Positions 40,270-50,176 are shown, numbered from the stretch's first letter. The stretch: 64,000 nt of DNA from Candidatus Bathyarchaeota archaeon (GCA_963739495.1 CAVUAM010000015.1:39367-103366), one strand, 5' to 3'. Notes: a model not told the origin generated them from the sequence alone. Translations and numbers: made by a program.

Positions 40270-41871
40270 TTAGGGGTTTTCTTGAATCAGGCGCCTTAGA
40301 ACTTTTCCGGCTGCGCTGAGGGGTAGTTCTTTTCTGAATTCGAGTTCGCGTATGGTTTTGTAGGGCGCTACTTTGCCGTTGACGAAGGTCATAATTTCAT
40401 CTGCTGAGGAAGTCGCGTCTTCTTTGAGGACAATGTAAGCCTTTGGAACCTCACCCGCCAACGCATCGGGTTTGCCCACGACCGCGCAGAGCTTCACAGC
40501 AGGATGCTCATAGAGGACATCTTCCAATTCCCGCGGATAAACACTGTAGCCCTTACTTTTGATGAGGTCTTTTTTTCGGTCAGTTATGTAGAAGTAACCT
40601 TCGTCGTCCATACGTGCGATATCGCCGGTTAGGAGCCAACCTTCATGGAGCACCAAGGCAGTTTCCTCAGGCTTGTTCCAGTAGCCCTTCATCACCTGAG
40701 GGCCCTTCACAACAAGCTCACCAGTTTCCCCAACTTTTAACGGTTTTCCGGTCTCCAAATCGGCGATTTGAGCTTCCGTGTCTGGGAGGGGCATCCCGAT
40801 GGAGCTCACCTTAACCGTCTTCATGCTCACATCAACAGGAGTGCAATGTGTTACAGGAGACGCCTCAGTTAATCCGTAACCTTCGGCTAGGAACCCACCT
40901 GTGACCTCCATAAACTGCTTTTGGACCCGTGTCGGCAAGGAAGATGCGCCTGAAATGCAGACGCGAATAGAAGTTAAGTCATATTTGGAAAGGTCAATGT
41001 TAGCGAGCAGCGCCGAGTACATAGTTGGGACACCACAGAAAACTGTAACTTTTTGTTGCTGTATAGTCTCTAAAACCTTTGCGGGTTCAAACTTGCTCAT
41101 CAAAACCATTTTCGCTGCCAAACTAATGGGCACTGTCATGCTGGTTGTCATGCCGTAAATGTGGAAAAGCGGCAAGGCAGTTAGGAAGGTTTCCTTGGCT
41201 TCCGTGCCCCGAATCCAAGTGGCGAAGGCGAGAGCGTTTGAGAGCAGATTGAGATGAGTCAGCATAGCACCTTTAGCTGTCCCCGTGGTTCCACCCGTGT
41301 ACTGTAGAGCTGCTAAATCTTCACGGGGATTAACTTCGACTTTTGGAGCTGTTTTTAGGCTATTTTCTATCAATTGGTAGAAAATTAAAGCGTTTGGAAC
41401 TCTTGAAGAAATGGCGTTTTCGGCTAACCCTGTAATTATTACGTGTTTAACCTGGGTTTTTTTCCTAACTTTTTGCACAATCGGATAAAGTGAATCCAGC
41501 GCCACTATGGTTTCTGCGCCTGAATCTGCCAGTTGATACTCAACTTCTCGTTCTCGATACAGTGGGCTAATCGAAGTTACAGTGGCGCCTGCTTTTAGAA
41601 CACCAAAATAAGCGATAATAAATTGGGGGATATTTGGCAAAAAAACAGCCACCCTGTCGCCTTTTTTCACTTCTAGTTTAATTAGTGCATTGGCAAACTG
41701 GTTTGAGAGCGCTTCCAGTTGGGCATAATTGATTTCCCGTTCACCGTAGGCTATGGCGGTTTTTTCTGGGTAACTTTCGGCAGTTTTTTTCAGGATTTCC
41801 TGTAGAGGAACCGTTGGATACTCTATGTGTTTTGGCATTCCAGTAGGCCAGCAGTTAAACCAGAGTGTCAT
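40270..41871 (-). CDS. Long-chain-fatty-acid--CoA ligase (AMP-binding)
   Basis: YTGGTTGTAKG, EGYGLTE, TGDIA, DRKKD and GKVLRR motifs. Confidence 0.93.
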   Translation of the reverse strand: MTLWFNCWPTGMPKHIEYPTVPLQEILKKTAESYPEKTAIAYGEREINYAQLEALSNQFANALIKLEVKKGDRVAVFLPNIPQFIIAYFGVLKAGATVTSISPLYREREVEYQLADSGAETIVALDSLYPIVQKVRKKTQVKHVIITGLAENAISSRVPNALIFYQLIENSLKTAPKVEVNPREDLAALQYTGGTTGTAKGAMLTHLNLLSNALAFATWIRGTEAKETFLTALPLFHIYGMTTSMTVPISLAAKMVLMSKFEPAKVLETIQQQKVTVFCGVPTMYSALLANIDLSKYDLTSIRVCISGASSLPTRVQKQFMEVTGGFLAEGYGLTEASPVTHCTPVDVSMKTVKVSSIGMPLPDTEAQIADLETGKPLKVGETGELVVKGPQVMKGYWNKPEETALVLHEGWLLTGDIARMDDEGYFYITDRKKDLIKSKGYSVYPRELEDVLYEHPAVKLCAVVGKPDALAGEVPKAYIVLKEDATSSADEIMTFVNGKVAPYKTIRELEFRKELPLSAAGKVLRRLIQENP

Positions 41872-42130
41872 TTCTAATCAGGCTTGCTCTTGGAATAATT
41901 TAGTAACACAGGTAAAAACTCTTACCATCAGAAGGATTTTTTTGTTTTCATGAAAATAGTGGGGACAGAAAAATATTGTCTGAAAGAAGAAGAAAAGTCT
42001 GCTGCTGTGGGGCAATAACCTTTTTTTGGGTTGCTTTCTTGCTATAGTGTTAGTGGCGTTTGCAAGTTGCGTCTGGATTCGTCACAAAACGTCACAAAAA
42101 ATCAAAAGGGCCATAAATGAAGGACAACAA

Positions 42131-42446
42131 ATGCCGTTAACTGAGAAAATAGAATTTGAAGCGAAGTTGCAGAGGGGTAACCGCGTTCAAGTTCAAGATG
42201 GCGCGGTGGCGATTCATGCTTGAGAGCTACCAAATCTTGAAGGTCACCCTAAGTCTCCTGTTGGCTTGGAATCTTTGCCCTCGGAGTTTTCTTACGAGAA
42301 TGAGCAAAGATGGAAGAATAGTAGTTCCCAAAGAGATATTGTATTTACTAAGACAGGATAAGCCCAACCCCGATTTTAAGTCCAATTGGCAAAAAGAAGT
42401 ATCTGTAAAACTTGATAAAATGTTTACCTCAATTACAGATAAATAG
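42131..42446 (+). pseudogene. Frameshifted tandem AbrB/SpoVT-like DNA-binding protein next to the tRNA 3' end
   Basis: MPLTEKIEFEAKLQRGNRVQV, then in another frame KMARWRF...TRMSKDGRIVVPK. Confidence 0.5.
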
Positions 42447-42447
42447 G

Positions 42448-42574
42448 TGGTGCCGGGGACGGGATTCTCGCTTGATTATAGCTTCGAGCCCGCGACTTCT
42501 GGGCATAGGGCGATGGCCCCTTTTGCACTCCAGATTATGAGTCTGGCGCCCTAGCCAGGCTAGGCTACCCCGGC
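42448..42574 (-). tRNA. tRNA-Met(CAT), elongator type, with encoded CCA and introns at 45/46 (42497-42527) and 59/60 (42465-42482)
   Basis: Acceptor GCCGGGG/CCCCGGC-A-CCA; anticodon arm CCAGA-CTCATAA-TCTGG; removing the 31-nt and 18-nt inserts gives a 78-nt cloverleaf. Confidence 0.9.
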
Positions 42575-42735
42575 ACATTACCTCTCGGTTTTTGCGCCGA
42601 TGCCATTTTAGTTTATTTTCCTTCATTTAAACCTTTAAGTTAAAGCTACAGATATATCGCTTGGTCATCTATCGATATTTTTTGCAACAATAAATTTATT
42701 GGATTGAAAACTCCTTTTAGAGGTCGGTGACTTTA

Positions 42736-43329
42736 ATGTCCTCAGATAACGATGATTACCCTGAATGGTTCAAGAAACGCCGAAGCCCATCTAAAGATCC
42801 TTTCAGCAACATTGATGACATGTTCCGCGAAATGGAAAAGATGATGGATGAGGAACTCAAAAACTTCACAGACAAAGTTCCCAAAGAATACGTTAAAGAA
42901 CGTAAGCTTCCTGACGGCAGCACGGTTAAGGAGCTTGGACCGTTTGTTTATGGTTATAGCATGAAGATTGGTCCCGACGGCAAACCTGACGTTCAGGAGT
43001 TTGGCAACATCAAAAAGGGCCTCAAGGGCACACCTCAGGTTAAGGAGGAACGTGAACCGCTCGTTGATACCATGGAAACAAACGAGGATATCCATGTCGT
43101 TGTTGAGTTGCCTGGTGTTGAGAAAACTGACATAAAATTGCGTGGAACAGAAGATTCTTTGGAGATTTCGGTGGATACTCCACATTACAAATACTATAAA
43201 GAAGTGAATCTGCCCGCCAAAGTCAATGTGAAAGACGCAAACTCAACCTACAAAAACGGCGTATTAGAAGTAGTGTTGCCTAAAGCGGAGTCGTCAAAAC
43301 CCAAGGGCGAACCCATAAACATAGGCTAA
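42736..43329 (+). CDS. hsp20: Archaeal small heat-shock protein Hsp20
   Basis: GPFVYGYSMKIGPDGKP, EREPLVD, ELPGVEK, YKNGVLEV and a C-terminal IxI. Confidence 0.93.
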   Translation: MSSDNDDYPEWFKKRRSPSKDPFSNIDDMFREMEKMMDEELKNFTDKVPKEYVKERKLPDGSTVKELGPFVYGYSMKIGPDGKPDVQEFGNIKKGLKGTPQVKEEREPLVDTMETNEDIHVVVELPGVEKTDIKLRGTEDSLEISVDTPHYKYYKEVNLPAKVNVKDANSTYKNGVLEVVLPKAESSKPKGEPINIG

Positions 43330-43356
43330 AAGCCTAAATTTTCCATCTCTTCATAG

Positions 43357-43782
43357 ATGTTTAAGATGACTGAAAACTCGGAAACTGACACCCTAAACTC
43401 TATTTGCCGCGAAGCAAAAGCAGCAGGCAAACTGTCGGGCGACAACTTAACTGATCTCTATGAGCTTTTTGGGTCAAGATTTACAAAAGCCCTCGATGCA
43501 TTAAAAGAAGGCCGAGTAAAAAAATACGTCTTTAGACCAAGCGGAAGAATCGTTTGGATCGTGGTTGGCAGAGAACGCGACTACCTCATCATGCCAGAAG
43601 CGGAATTCTGCACCTGCGACGACTTTTATTTTAGGGTTCTTGACAAAAAAGTCCATATGTGCTACCACATTTTAACTCAGAAGATTGCGGCGAATTTGGG
43701 TTGGCTTGAGTTAATTCAAGAAAAAGACGAGTGCTTTGATATGTTGATGAATGAATGGAAAAAAGCTCCTGCACAAGGTTAG
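43357..43782 (+). CDS. SWIM zinc-finger protein
   Basis: FCTCDDF...CYH motif. Confidence 0.82.
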   Translation: MFKMTENSETDTLNSICREAKAAGKLSGDNLTDLYELFGSRFTKALDALKEGRVKKYVFRPSGRIVWIVVGRERDYLIMPEAEFCTCDDFYFRVLDKKVHMCYHILTQKIAANLGWLELIQEKDECFDMLMNEWKKAPAQG

Positions 43783-43910
43783 GGTTGATTGGCAAGCGAA
43801 TCGATGGTTTGTTTTTAAGCTGCAAAGTCTTGTAGGTCACATCAGCCATCCAGGTTTAGATTTAAATATGTAGACGTTACATCAATAGGGTATTACAAGG
43901 AGAACCTCTG

Positions 43911-44033
43911 ATGGATCTTGGCGCATACTTCGTAACCCTACAATATGTCCTCATGGGCTCAGTGTTTATGGCTTTACTACTCATCTTCCTTTATGCTTAC
44001 TATGGCAAAGAAGAAGAGCAAACAGACGAGTAA
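43911..44033 (+). CDS. 40-aa single-TM microprotein
   Basis: MDLGAYFVTLQYVLMGSVFMALLLIFLYAYYGKEEEQTDE; AAGGAGA upstream, TTTAAATA at 43861, pyrimidine tract after the stop. Confidence 0.65.
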   Translation: MDLGAYFVTLQYVLMGSVFMALLLIFLYAYYGKEEEQTDE

Positions 44034-44045
44034 ACTCTCCCTCTT

Positions 44046-44336
44046 TTAACTAATAGATTTTCTATTCCGTCTATTCAATACTAGAAATAAGACCACGCTT
44101 ACAACTGTAAGAATTGCGCTTATTATTATGAGCCATCCAGCGTTAGGTCCAGCACCAAAAACAATCGGAATTGGACCGATCAAGATTACACCTCCGACGC
44201 TTCCTGACCCGCCCAGAATCAGAGAGGCAACTACCAAAACGGCTATGCCAACAAAAACCAGTGTTATTCCTAAAAGCAGAAAACCTAAGGGTCTACTTGA
44301 TAAGCCTACATCTTCATCTTCCTCATAGCTTGACAT
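44046..44336 (-). CDS. DUF131 membrane protein
   Basis: GGVILIGPIPIVFG motif. Confidence 0.8.
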   Translation of the reverse strand: MSSYEEDEDVGLSSRPLGFLLLGITLVFVGIAVLVVASLILGGSGSVGGVILIGPIPIVFGAGPNAGWLIIISAILTVVSVVLFLVLNRRNRKSIS

Positions 44337-44342
44337 TATAGG

Positions 44343-44605
44343 TTACCTCAACAACCAGTAATTCAATACTATGATTATTAACGCTATGATAGTGAGAGCT
44401 AACGCCAATGTCAAAACTGTCTTGACTGATTTTTTGTCTGTTCCAAAAATTATCGGAATTGGACCAACCATGATTATGCCCGCGCCGCGGAACCTTGCCT
44501 TTCTTTGTGCTACTCTTAGAGGCAATAATGATACCTGCAAGGATAACCATGATGCCAGCTACTATGAATACGAATGCCAAAACTGTAAAAAACCGCTGCA
44601 TCCAC
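44343..44605 (-). CDS. Second DUF131 membrane protein (frameshifted)
   Basis: [18 protein letters not shown]; the N-terminal TM lies in other frames. Confidence 0.7.
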
Positions 44606-44723
44606 TTGTGCTCACCGGCGTCCAAGAGAAAAATGAGGCAGTGCTTTTTAATAAACATAGCCAGCATACCAATAGGAATGCAAAAAATTAAAAGGCAGAA
44701 CTTCTTTATCGTGTCGACGTAAG

Positions 44724-45569
44724 ATGACCACCCAGGACTTAATCCAGGAAATACATCGACAAAATCCACTGATCAGCCAAGAGCAAATCCTGGAGAGACT
44801 GCAGGCTGAAAGAGCTAAAACAGGTGGACTTCTTGGCGACGAGACCTTGCTTCGATTGATTGCTGCTAAATTCGGCTTACAAGTTCAGCAAAACACGATT
44901 CATAACAGCGGAGTCCTCTCGACTAGCCGTTTGTTTGCGGGTTTGTATGATGTTACGGTGGCAGGTCGCTTAATCGCGGTTTTTCCAGCTAAAACATTTC
45001 AGGGAGCCGAAAAATCAGGCAAATTCGCAACCATAATGCTGACGGATGCTGAGGGGGTTTTGCGGGTAGTTTTGTGGGATACGAAGGCTGAGATGGTTGA
45101 GCGGAACGAACTCAAAGCGGGACAGGCGGTTAGGCTAATACACGGATACACAAAAGAGGACAGATATGGCAAAACAGAGCTACATCTTGGCAGCAAAAGC
45201 CAAATCCTGATAGAAACCGAAAATAAAGCTAATCAATACCAATCCATCGAAAAATTCACCACAAAAATCCAAACCCTAAACGCCAACTCCGGCAATGTGC
45301 ACCTTGCCGGAACTGTAAAGGCGATTTTAGGCAAGAAAGCTTTTTCCCGAAACGATGACAGCAACGGTACAGTGATGCGTTTGGCATTGAGGGATGATTC
45401 AGGCGAAGCTATAGTGGTCGTTTGGAATGAGAAGGTCGCTGAAGTGGAAGTAATAACGAGGGAGAACCCGCAGTTGCTACTCGTTAATGCAAGGATCAAA
45501 GAGGTGCAGGGTGGTGGCATAGAAGTGCATGTTGACTCCAACACCTTTGTAGGTTCTCAAAAAAGTTAA
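44724..45569 (+). CDS. RPA/SSB-like tandem OB-fold protein
   Basis: GLLGDETLLRLIAAKFG N-domain and two OB folds (LTDAEGVLRVVLWD; LRDDSGEAIVVVWN). Confidence 0.87.
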   Translation: MTTQDLIQEIHRQNPLISQEQILERLQAERAKTGGLLGDETLLRLIAAKFGLQVQQNTIHNSGVLSTSRLFAGLYDVTVAGRLIAVFPAKTFQGAEKSGKFATIMLTDAEGVLRVVLWDTKAEMVERNELKAGQAVRLIHGYTKEDRYGKTELHLGSKSQILIETENKANQYQSIEKFTTKIQTLNANSGNVHLAGTVKAILGKKAFSRNDDSNGTVMRLALRDDSGEAIVVVWNEKVAEVEVITRENPQLLLVNARIKEVQGGGIEVHVDSNTFVGSQKS

Positions 45570-45685
45570 AGGCCTACAAAATAGATTCGAAAAAAGGCAA
45601 TCATGCCTGTTGACTCGGTTTTTTGGTAGGATGTTTGCTTGATCAACATTTCCTGTGATCCTTTGTTTTTCAAGACAAGAATGTG

Positions 45686-46168
45686 CTAAACTTTGTATTT
45701 TTGATCAACGTAAAGTTGCTTTAATTTCTGATATTCCTTGATGTTATCTTCTTTTCCATAGCGTCGCATTGTCGCAGCATTTGTTCTAACCCTTTCAAAA
45801 CGTTTTTGACTGTTATGTTTTTCGGCAAGTTTGATTACATCACTTGGCTTACTAAACTTCTCCGTAGTACCATCCTCGCGTTTCCTTTCAACCTTTATGC
45901 AGTTATCGACCATGCAGTTTAGCACGCAAGCCCCACAGTAAATACATAAATCCTCGATGATACCGACATGTCCTGTTCCCCAATATAGTGCGTTGGTAGG
46001 ACAAGCCTTGATGCACAACTTACATTGTCCGCCAACACATGTGAACTTGTTTATTTCGATTTTACCTTCCTTGAATAACTCCTTGACACCGGTGGGTTCA
46101 AGGAGTTCTTTGCGACGCCGACTTCTTTCTGCTTCTTCATCAACTTGGCTTTCGCTTTCTTCATCCAT
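45686..46168 (-). CDS. 4Fe-4S dicluster ferredoxin-like protein
   Basis: CVGGQCKLCIKACP and CIYCGACVLNC motifs. Confidence 0.85.
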   Translation of the reverse strand: MDEESESQVDEEAERSRRRKELLEPTGVKELFKEGKIEINKFTCVGGQCKLCIKACPTNALYWGTGHVGIIEDLCIYCGACVLNCMVDNCIKVERKREDGTTEKFSKPSDVIKLAEKHNSQKRFERVRTNAATMRRYGKEDNIKEYQKLKQLYVDQKYKV

Positions 46169-46592
46169 TAGGTCGAAGGTAGAAGGTTGTTTCGACGGCA
46201 TATTAGGAATCACAAGTAAGAGTGGTTTGGCTAAAAATAGGTTTTATGAATTATAATTACTTATCCCATAGATTTTGAACTTATCATCCATATTTCTGAA
46301 GCTCCCGAACCGCTTGGGCTTCTTTAGAAGTTCATCAAATACCATTAAGAAGGCTCTTACAATTTTCATTGTCGAGCTCATCGCTAGCAACAAAGGTATT
46401 GATTAGAAAAAATAGATTATGAATGTTAATATGGCTAAAATACTTTTCAAGAAACCTGCGATGAAAGTTGGGACAGCAACAAAGATTTACTACGCTAAAT
46501 TTTTTCCTCAAGTTTTTTCTTTTTTTGTAGAGTTAAGTTTAGGAGGCGAGCGAGTAAGTTGAGTAGAGTTTTCTTTATTGAAAAACCAAAAA

Positions 46593-46679
46593 GGGGCTGC
46601 TGAGGCTCTGAACCGATATAGGAGAGGGGAAAACTGCAAAAACCTTTAGTTTAGTATTATCAGAGCCTTTTGCAGCCTC
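46593..46679. repeat. Dispersed repeat, copy 3, closed as a long inverted repeat
   Basis: GGGGCTGC..AGGCTCTGA (46593-46611) is complementary to TCAGAGCCT..GCAGCCTC (46660-46679). Confidence 0.7.
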
Positions 46680-46808
46680 ACCAACTCATCATTCGGAACA
46701 GGTATTAAGGAATTTTTCAAGATTAAGCCCATAATATGCCCAAATTAATCCCCAAAGACAGTTAGAGTGGCTGTTTTATCTACACATCGAATATCGGATG
46801 ATCCCACC

Positions 46809-47051
46809 TTATATGGCACTTTCCCGCAGGAAGGGAACTCTGTCGATTGCACTCAAACTCACTTCAAGCGGAACATTCTCCATAATTGTGTGAGTTCTGC
46901 CAGATATAATTGAAATCGCGTTGTTTTCATAATTAGCTGCAAATATTACACGTTTGTTTAGATTATAGACTAAACTTGGAGTATAATCACACAAGGGAGC
47001 GGAAATATTTGCTGCTGCGCTTCTAAAAAAGTCCTGAAAAGGTTTATTCAA
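46809..47051 (-). pseudogene. Fragment resembling a YVTN/YncE beta-propeller blade
   Basis: VYN...IFAANYENNAISIISG..HTIM..VP. Confidence 0.35.
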
Positions 47052-47128
47052 TACAGGTTTATAAAATTCGTCTTCGTATTAAAGAGAATGAAAGGTTTTT
47101 TTGAACCGTACAAAAATGAGGCAACTTG

Positions 47129-48595
47129 ATGAGTCAACCGCAACCATTCAGCAAACAGGCTTCTACCTCTCCAAGGCACAGCAACGTTGTGTTAGCTATA
47201 GTTATGCTTGGAACCATGATGGGTGCACTCGACAGCACCATCGTTCTGCTGGCTTTTCCAGTCATCAACGACAGCCTGCATTCCGATTTGGCAGCTTCAC
47301 TGTGGATTATTCTTGCTTATTTGCTGGTTCTTGCTGTTGCAACTACACAGATGGGCAGAATCGGCGACATTTATGGCAGAAGCCGAATATTCAATTTAGG
47401 CTTCATAATCTTCACCGTGGGCTCAGTATTTTGCGGTTTATCACCCCACATCTACCCATTAATAGCCTTTAGAGGAGTACAAGCGGTAGGCGGTGCCATC
47501 ATGCAAGCCACCAGCGGAGCCATCATCGCCGACTATTTCCCCCGAGAAAAACGAGGCAAAGCCTACGGCTTCAATTCACTCGGCTATACTAGCGGAGCAA
47601 TGCTCGGCATCGTATTGGGTGGAGTAATCACTACTTTCGTCAGCTGGCAATACATCTTTTTCATCAACATCCCGATCGGCATAATCGCAGTAATAGCGGG
47701 TTGGAAATATCTAAAAGATGCCGAAAGAACACCTGCTAAATTGGACCTTGGAGGAATGGGACTTCTTGCCGCAGCACTAGTTTTGTTGTCTCTGGGGCTG
47801 GTGAATTTTGCTGCAGAAGGAATCAGCATGTCAAGCGTCTTGTTAGCGGTGGTTGGAGCCGTGTTGGTACCTGTTTTCATCGTATATGATAAGCGGCTGA
47901 AAAACCCCATGATTGACTTTGAATCTTTTAAGAACAAGATTCTGCGAAATGCAATCTTCTCAGCGTTCTTCCTTAGCGTCGGCTATTTCTCCGTGGTGTT
48001 CTTGGTAATTATGTATTTGCAGGGGATAAGAGGACTCTCGCCTTTGGATGCGTCGTTGCTTTTGGTACCGGGTTACGTTGCAGGCAGTTTTCTGGGTCCA
48101 ATAATGGGCAGGCTTTCCGACAAGTATGGTTCAAGAGAAATCGCCACCCTCGGCGTATTCTTCCTAGCCGTAGCTATAGTCGTTTACCTAACGATGAGCA
48201 CAACTTCTCCGCTCTACATAGTTCTCATCGCTTCCGCCGTTTCAGGTTTAGGTACCTCCATGTTCTTCCCAGCCAATAACAGCGCAGTCATGGTCAATGC
48301 CCGCACAGGTTCATTCGGCAGCATCTCAGGCGTACTGCGGACTGTACAAAACATCGGGCTGGTCGGAAGTTACGTGTTGGCAATTTCGGTCGCGGCAGCC
48401 TCGATACCGCGGCAAATAGCATTTGAAGTATTCATTGGAACAACCAACCTGACCGGCGGTATTAGCCAAGAGTTTCTATTTGGAATACACAACGCGTTCT
48501 ACGCATCCATTCTCATCCTCGTGATTGCGGGTATTCTGTCGTTTAGCCGGGGCAGGGAAAAACGCAAAGAAATAGCAAGCAAACCCAAAGACTAA
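47129..48595 (+). CDS. MFS transporter, DHA2 (14-TM) family
   Basis: LDSTIV, GRIGDIYGR, FRGVQAVG, IFFINIPIG and GRLSDKYG motifs. Confidence 0.93.
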   Translation: MSQPQPFSKQASTSPRHSNVVLAIVMLGTMMGALDSTIVLLAFPVINDSLHSDLAASLWIILAYLLVLAVATTQMGRIGDIYGRSRIFNLGFIIFTVGSVFCGLSPHIYPLIAFRGVQAVGGAIMQATSGAIIADYFPREKRGKAYGFNSLGYTSGAMLGIVLGGVITTFVSWQYIFFINIPIGIIAVIAGWKYLKDAERTPAKLDLGGMGLLAAALVLLSLGLVNFAAEGISMSSVLLAVVGAVLVPVFIVYDKRLKNPMIDFESFKNKILRNAIFSAFFLSVGYFSVVFLVIMYLQGIRGLSPLDASLLLVPGYVAGSFLGPIMGRLSDKYGSREIATLGVFFLAVAIVVYLTMSTTSPLYIVLIASAVSGLGTSMFFPANNSAVMVNARTGSFGSISGVLRTVQNIGLVGSYVLAISVAAASIPRQIAFEVFIGTTNLTGGISQEFLFGIHNAFYASILILVIAGILSFSRGREKRKEIASKPKD

Positions 48596-48648
48596 TAGTG
48601 CTAACCGCCCAATTGTAAATAGTTCTGGCTCTTGATTGGAGGCATCGC

Positions 48649-49602
48649 TTGGGCAAAAAAAAATTCGGGGTATTCCTTCCATTCTACGCGTTTCAAGCCA
48701 AAACTCCAAACGACTACTATGACCATCTCAAGACCATTGTTTCAGAATGTGAGCGTTTAGGCTACGATGCGGTTTGGCTTGATGACCATTTAATGTACAA
48801 CAACTGGCCAATCCTTGAGTCGTGGACAACCCTCGCCGCTCTATCTGCTTTAACCAGCAGGATACGACTGGGAACCATGGTTTCCTGCAACCAGCACCGA
48901 AACCCAGCTTTGCTCGCCAAAACGGCCGCAACACTCGACGTCCTGTCAAATGGCAGGTTAGAATTCGGAATCGGTGCAGGAATCCAAGAAGCTGAGCATT
49001 TTGCCTACGGATTTGACTTCCCAAAGCTGGAGTATAGAGCAGAACATTTGGGTGAGGCTTTAGAAGTTTTAAAGCTACTTTGGATGCAAGAAAAAGCAAC
49101 TTACAACGGAAAACACTACACTCTCAAGGAAGCCGTTTGCGAACCAAAACCAATCCAAAAACCACACCCTCCTATAACAGTTGGTGGAAACGGAGAAAAA
49201 CACACCCTCAAAGTCACCGCCAAATACGCGGACAGGTTTGATTGGGGATTTCTGCCATCACTTGACGAATACAGAAATAAACTTGTGGTTTTGGAGAACC
49301 ACTGCAAAAGCGTTGGTAGAGACTTTGGTGAAATAGAGAAGTCATGTTGGCCCAGCGGACAAATTCTTATTGCCAGAGATAAGGAAGAGCTGAGCCAAAA
49401 AATTTCAAAAAATAAACCCGCAAATATGAGCGTGGCAGAGTTCAAGAAATGCACTTTGGCAGGAACTCCAGATGAATTCAAAGAGCATTTGCAAGCTTAC
49501 ATAGATTTTGGTGCGACATATTATATGCTGTACTTTGCTGACTTGCCAAGTCTTGAAGGACTAAAATTGTTTGCCAAAACCGTTATCAGCAAATGTAGCT
49601 AG
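48649..49602 (+). CDS. LLM-class (probably F420-dependent) oxidoreductase
   Basis: GYDAVWLDDH, RNPALLAK, SNGRLEFGIGAG and PKPIQKPHPPITVGG motifs. Confidence 0.9.
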   Translation: MGKKKFGVFLPFYAFQAKTPNDYYDHLKTIVSECERLGYDAVWLDDHLMYNNWPILESWTTLAALSALTSRIRLGTMVSCNQHRNPALLAKTAATLDVLSNGRLEFGIGAGIQEAEHFAYGFDFPKLEYRAEHLGEALEVLKLLWMQEKATYNGKHYTLKEAVCEPKPIQKPHPPITVGGNGEKHTLKVTAKYADRFDWGFLPSLDEYRNKLVVLENHCKSVGRDFGEIEKSCWPSGQILIARDKEELSQKISKNKPANMSVAEFKKCTLAGTPDEFKEHLQAYIDFGATYYMLYFADLPSLEGLKLFAKTVISKCS

Positions 49603-49949
49603 AGGTCGCCTCGGGCAATATGGGTTAACTCGTGGACGATGATTTCGTCTAGAGTGTGGTAAGGGTTTTCTCTAACTAAGATAATGTATTCGGCGTCATC
49701 GTTTTCGTCACCGTTAAACACGCAGGCATCGGTGCCCTTTGTTGAAAGAATCCTGCCCCACTCCTCGATTTCTCGGAAATCATCCTCTATGCAGTGGCGG
49801 TGTTTCAAGATATGGTTAAAATCATCATCGCTCAGTTTTAATGCCTTAACTTTGGGAAAGGGCTTGGGGGATAGCGTTTTCCATGCAGCAATGAGCTTGT
49901 TTTTGGGAATACGCAGTCCTTTCATCTTGAAGCCTTCAACTAAAACCAT
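49599..49949 (-). CDS. Small hypothetical protein with a terminal HExxH
   Basis: IIVHELTHIARGDL at the C-terminus. Confidence 0.65.
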   Translation of the reverse strand: MVLVEGFKMKGLRIPKNKLIAAWKTLSPKPFPKVKALKLSDDDFNHILKHRHCIEDDFREIEEWGRILSTKGTDACVFNGDENDDAEYIILVRENPYHTLDEIIVHELTHIARGDL

Positions 49950-50176
49950 ACAAACCCCTGTTTATTCTATTTTGCTGAAAAATAAACTCGCCGCCTAAGG
50001 ACAGCCGATACAAAATTCAATGAGTTTAACGCTAAAAGCGTTTGCGGTAGTCAAGCTGCAACCACAATTATTTTCGCCTTTATGTAAGGGAAGGAATGTT
50101 AGCAAAGAGATACCTATCTGTTTCCAAAATAGTGCTTATGTGCCTATCAACAGAGGGGGATAGACATCTTTGAGCA

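Noticed and set aside
46655-46695. C/D-box sRNA on the minus strand (ATGATGA...CTGA)
   Set aside because: The boxes are 22 nt apart with no convincing D'/C' pair
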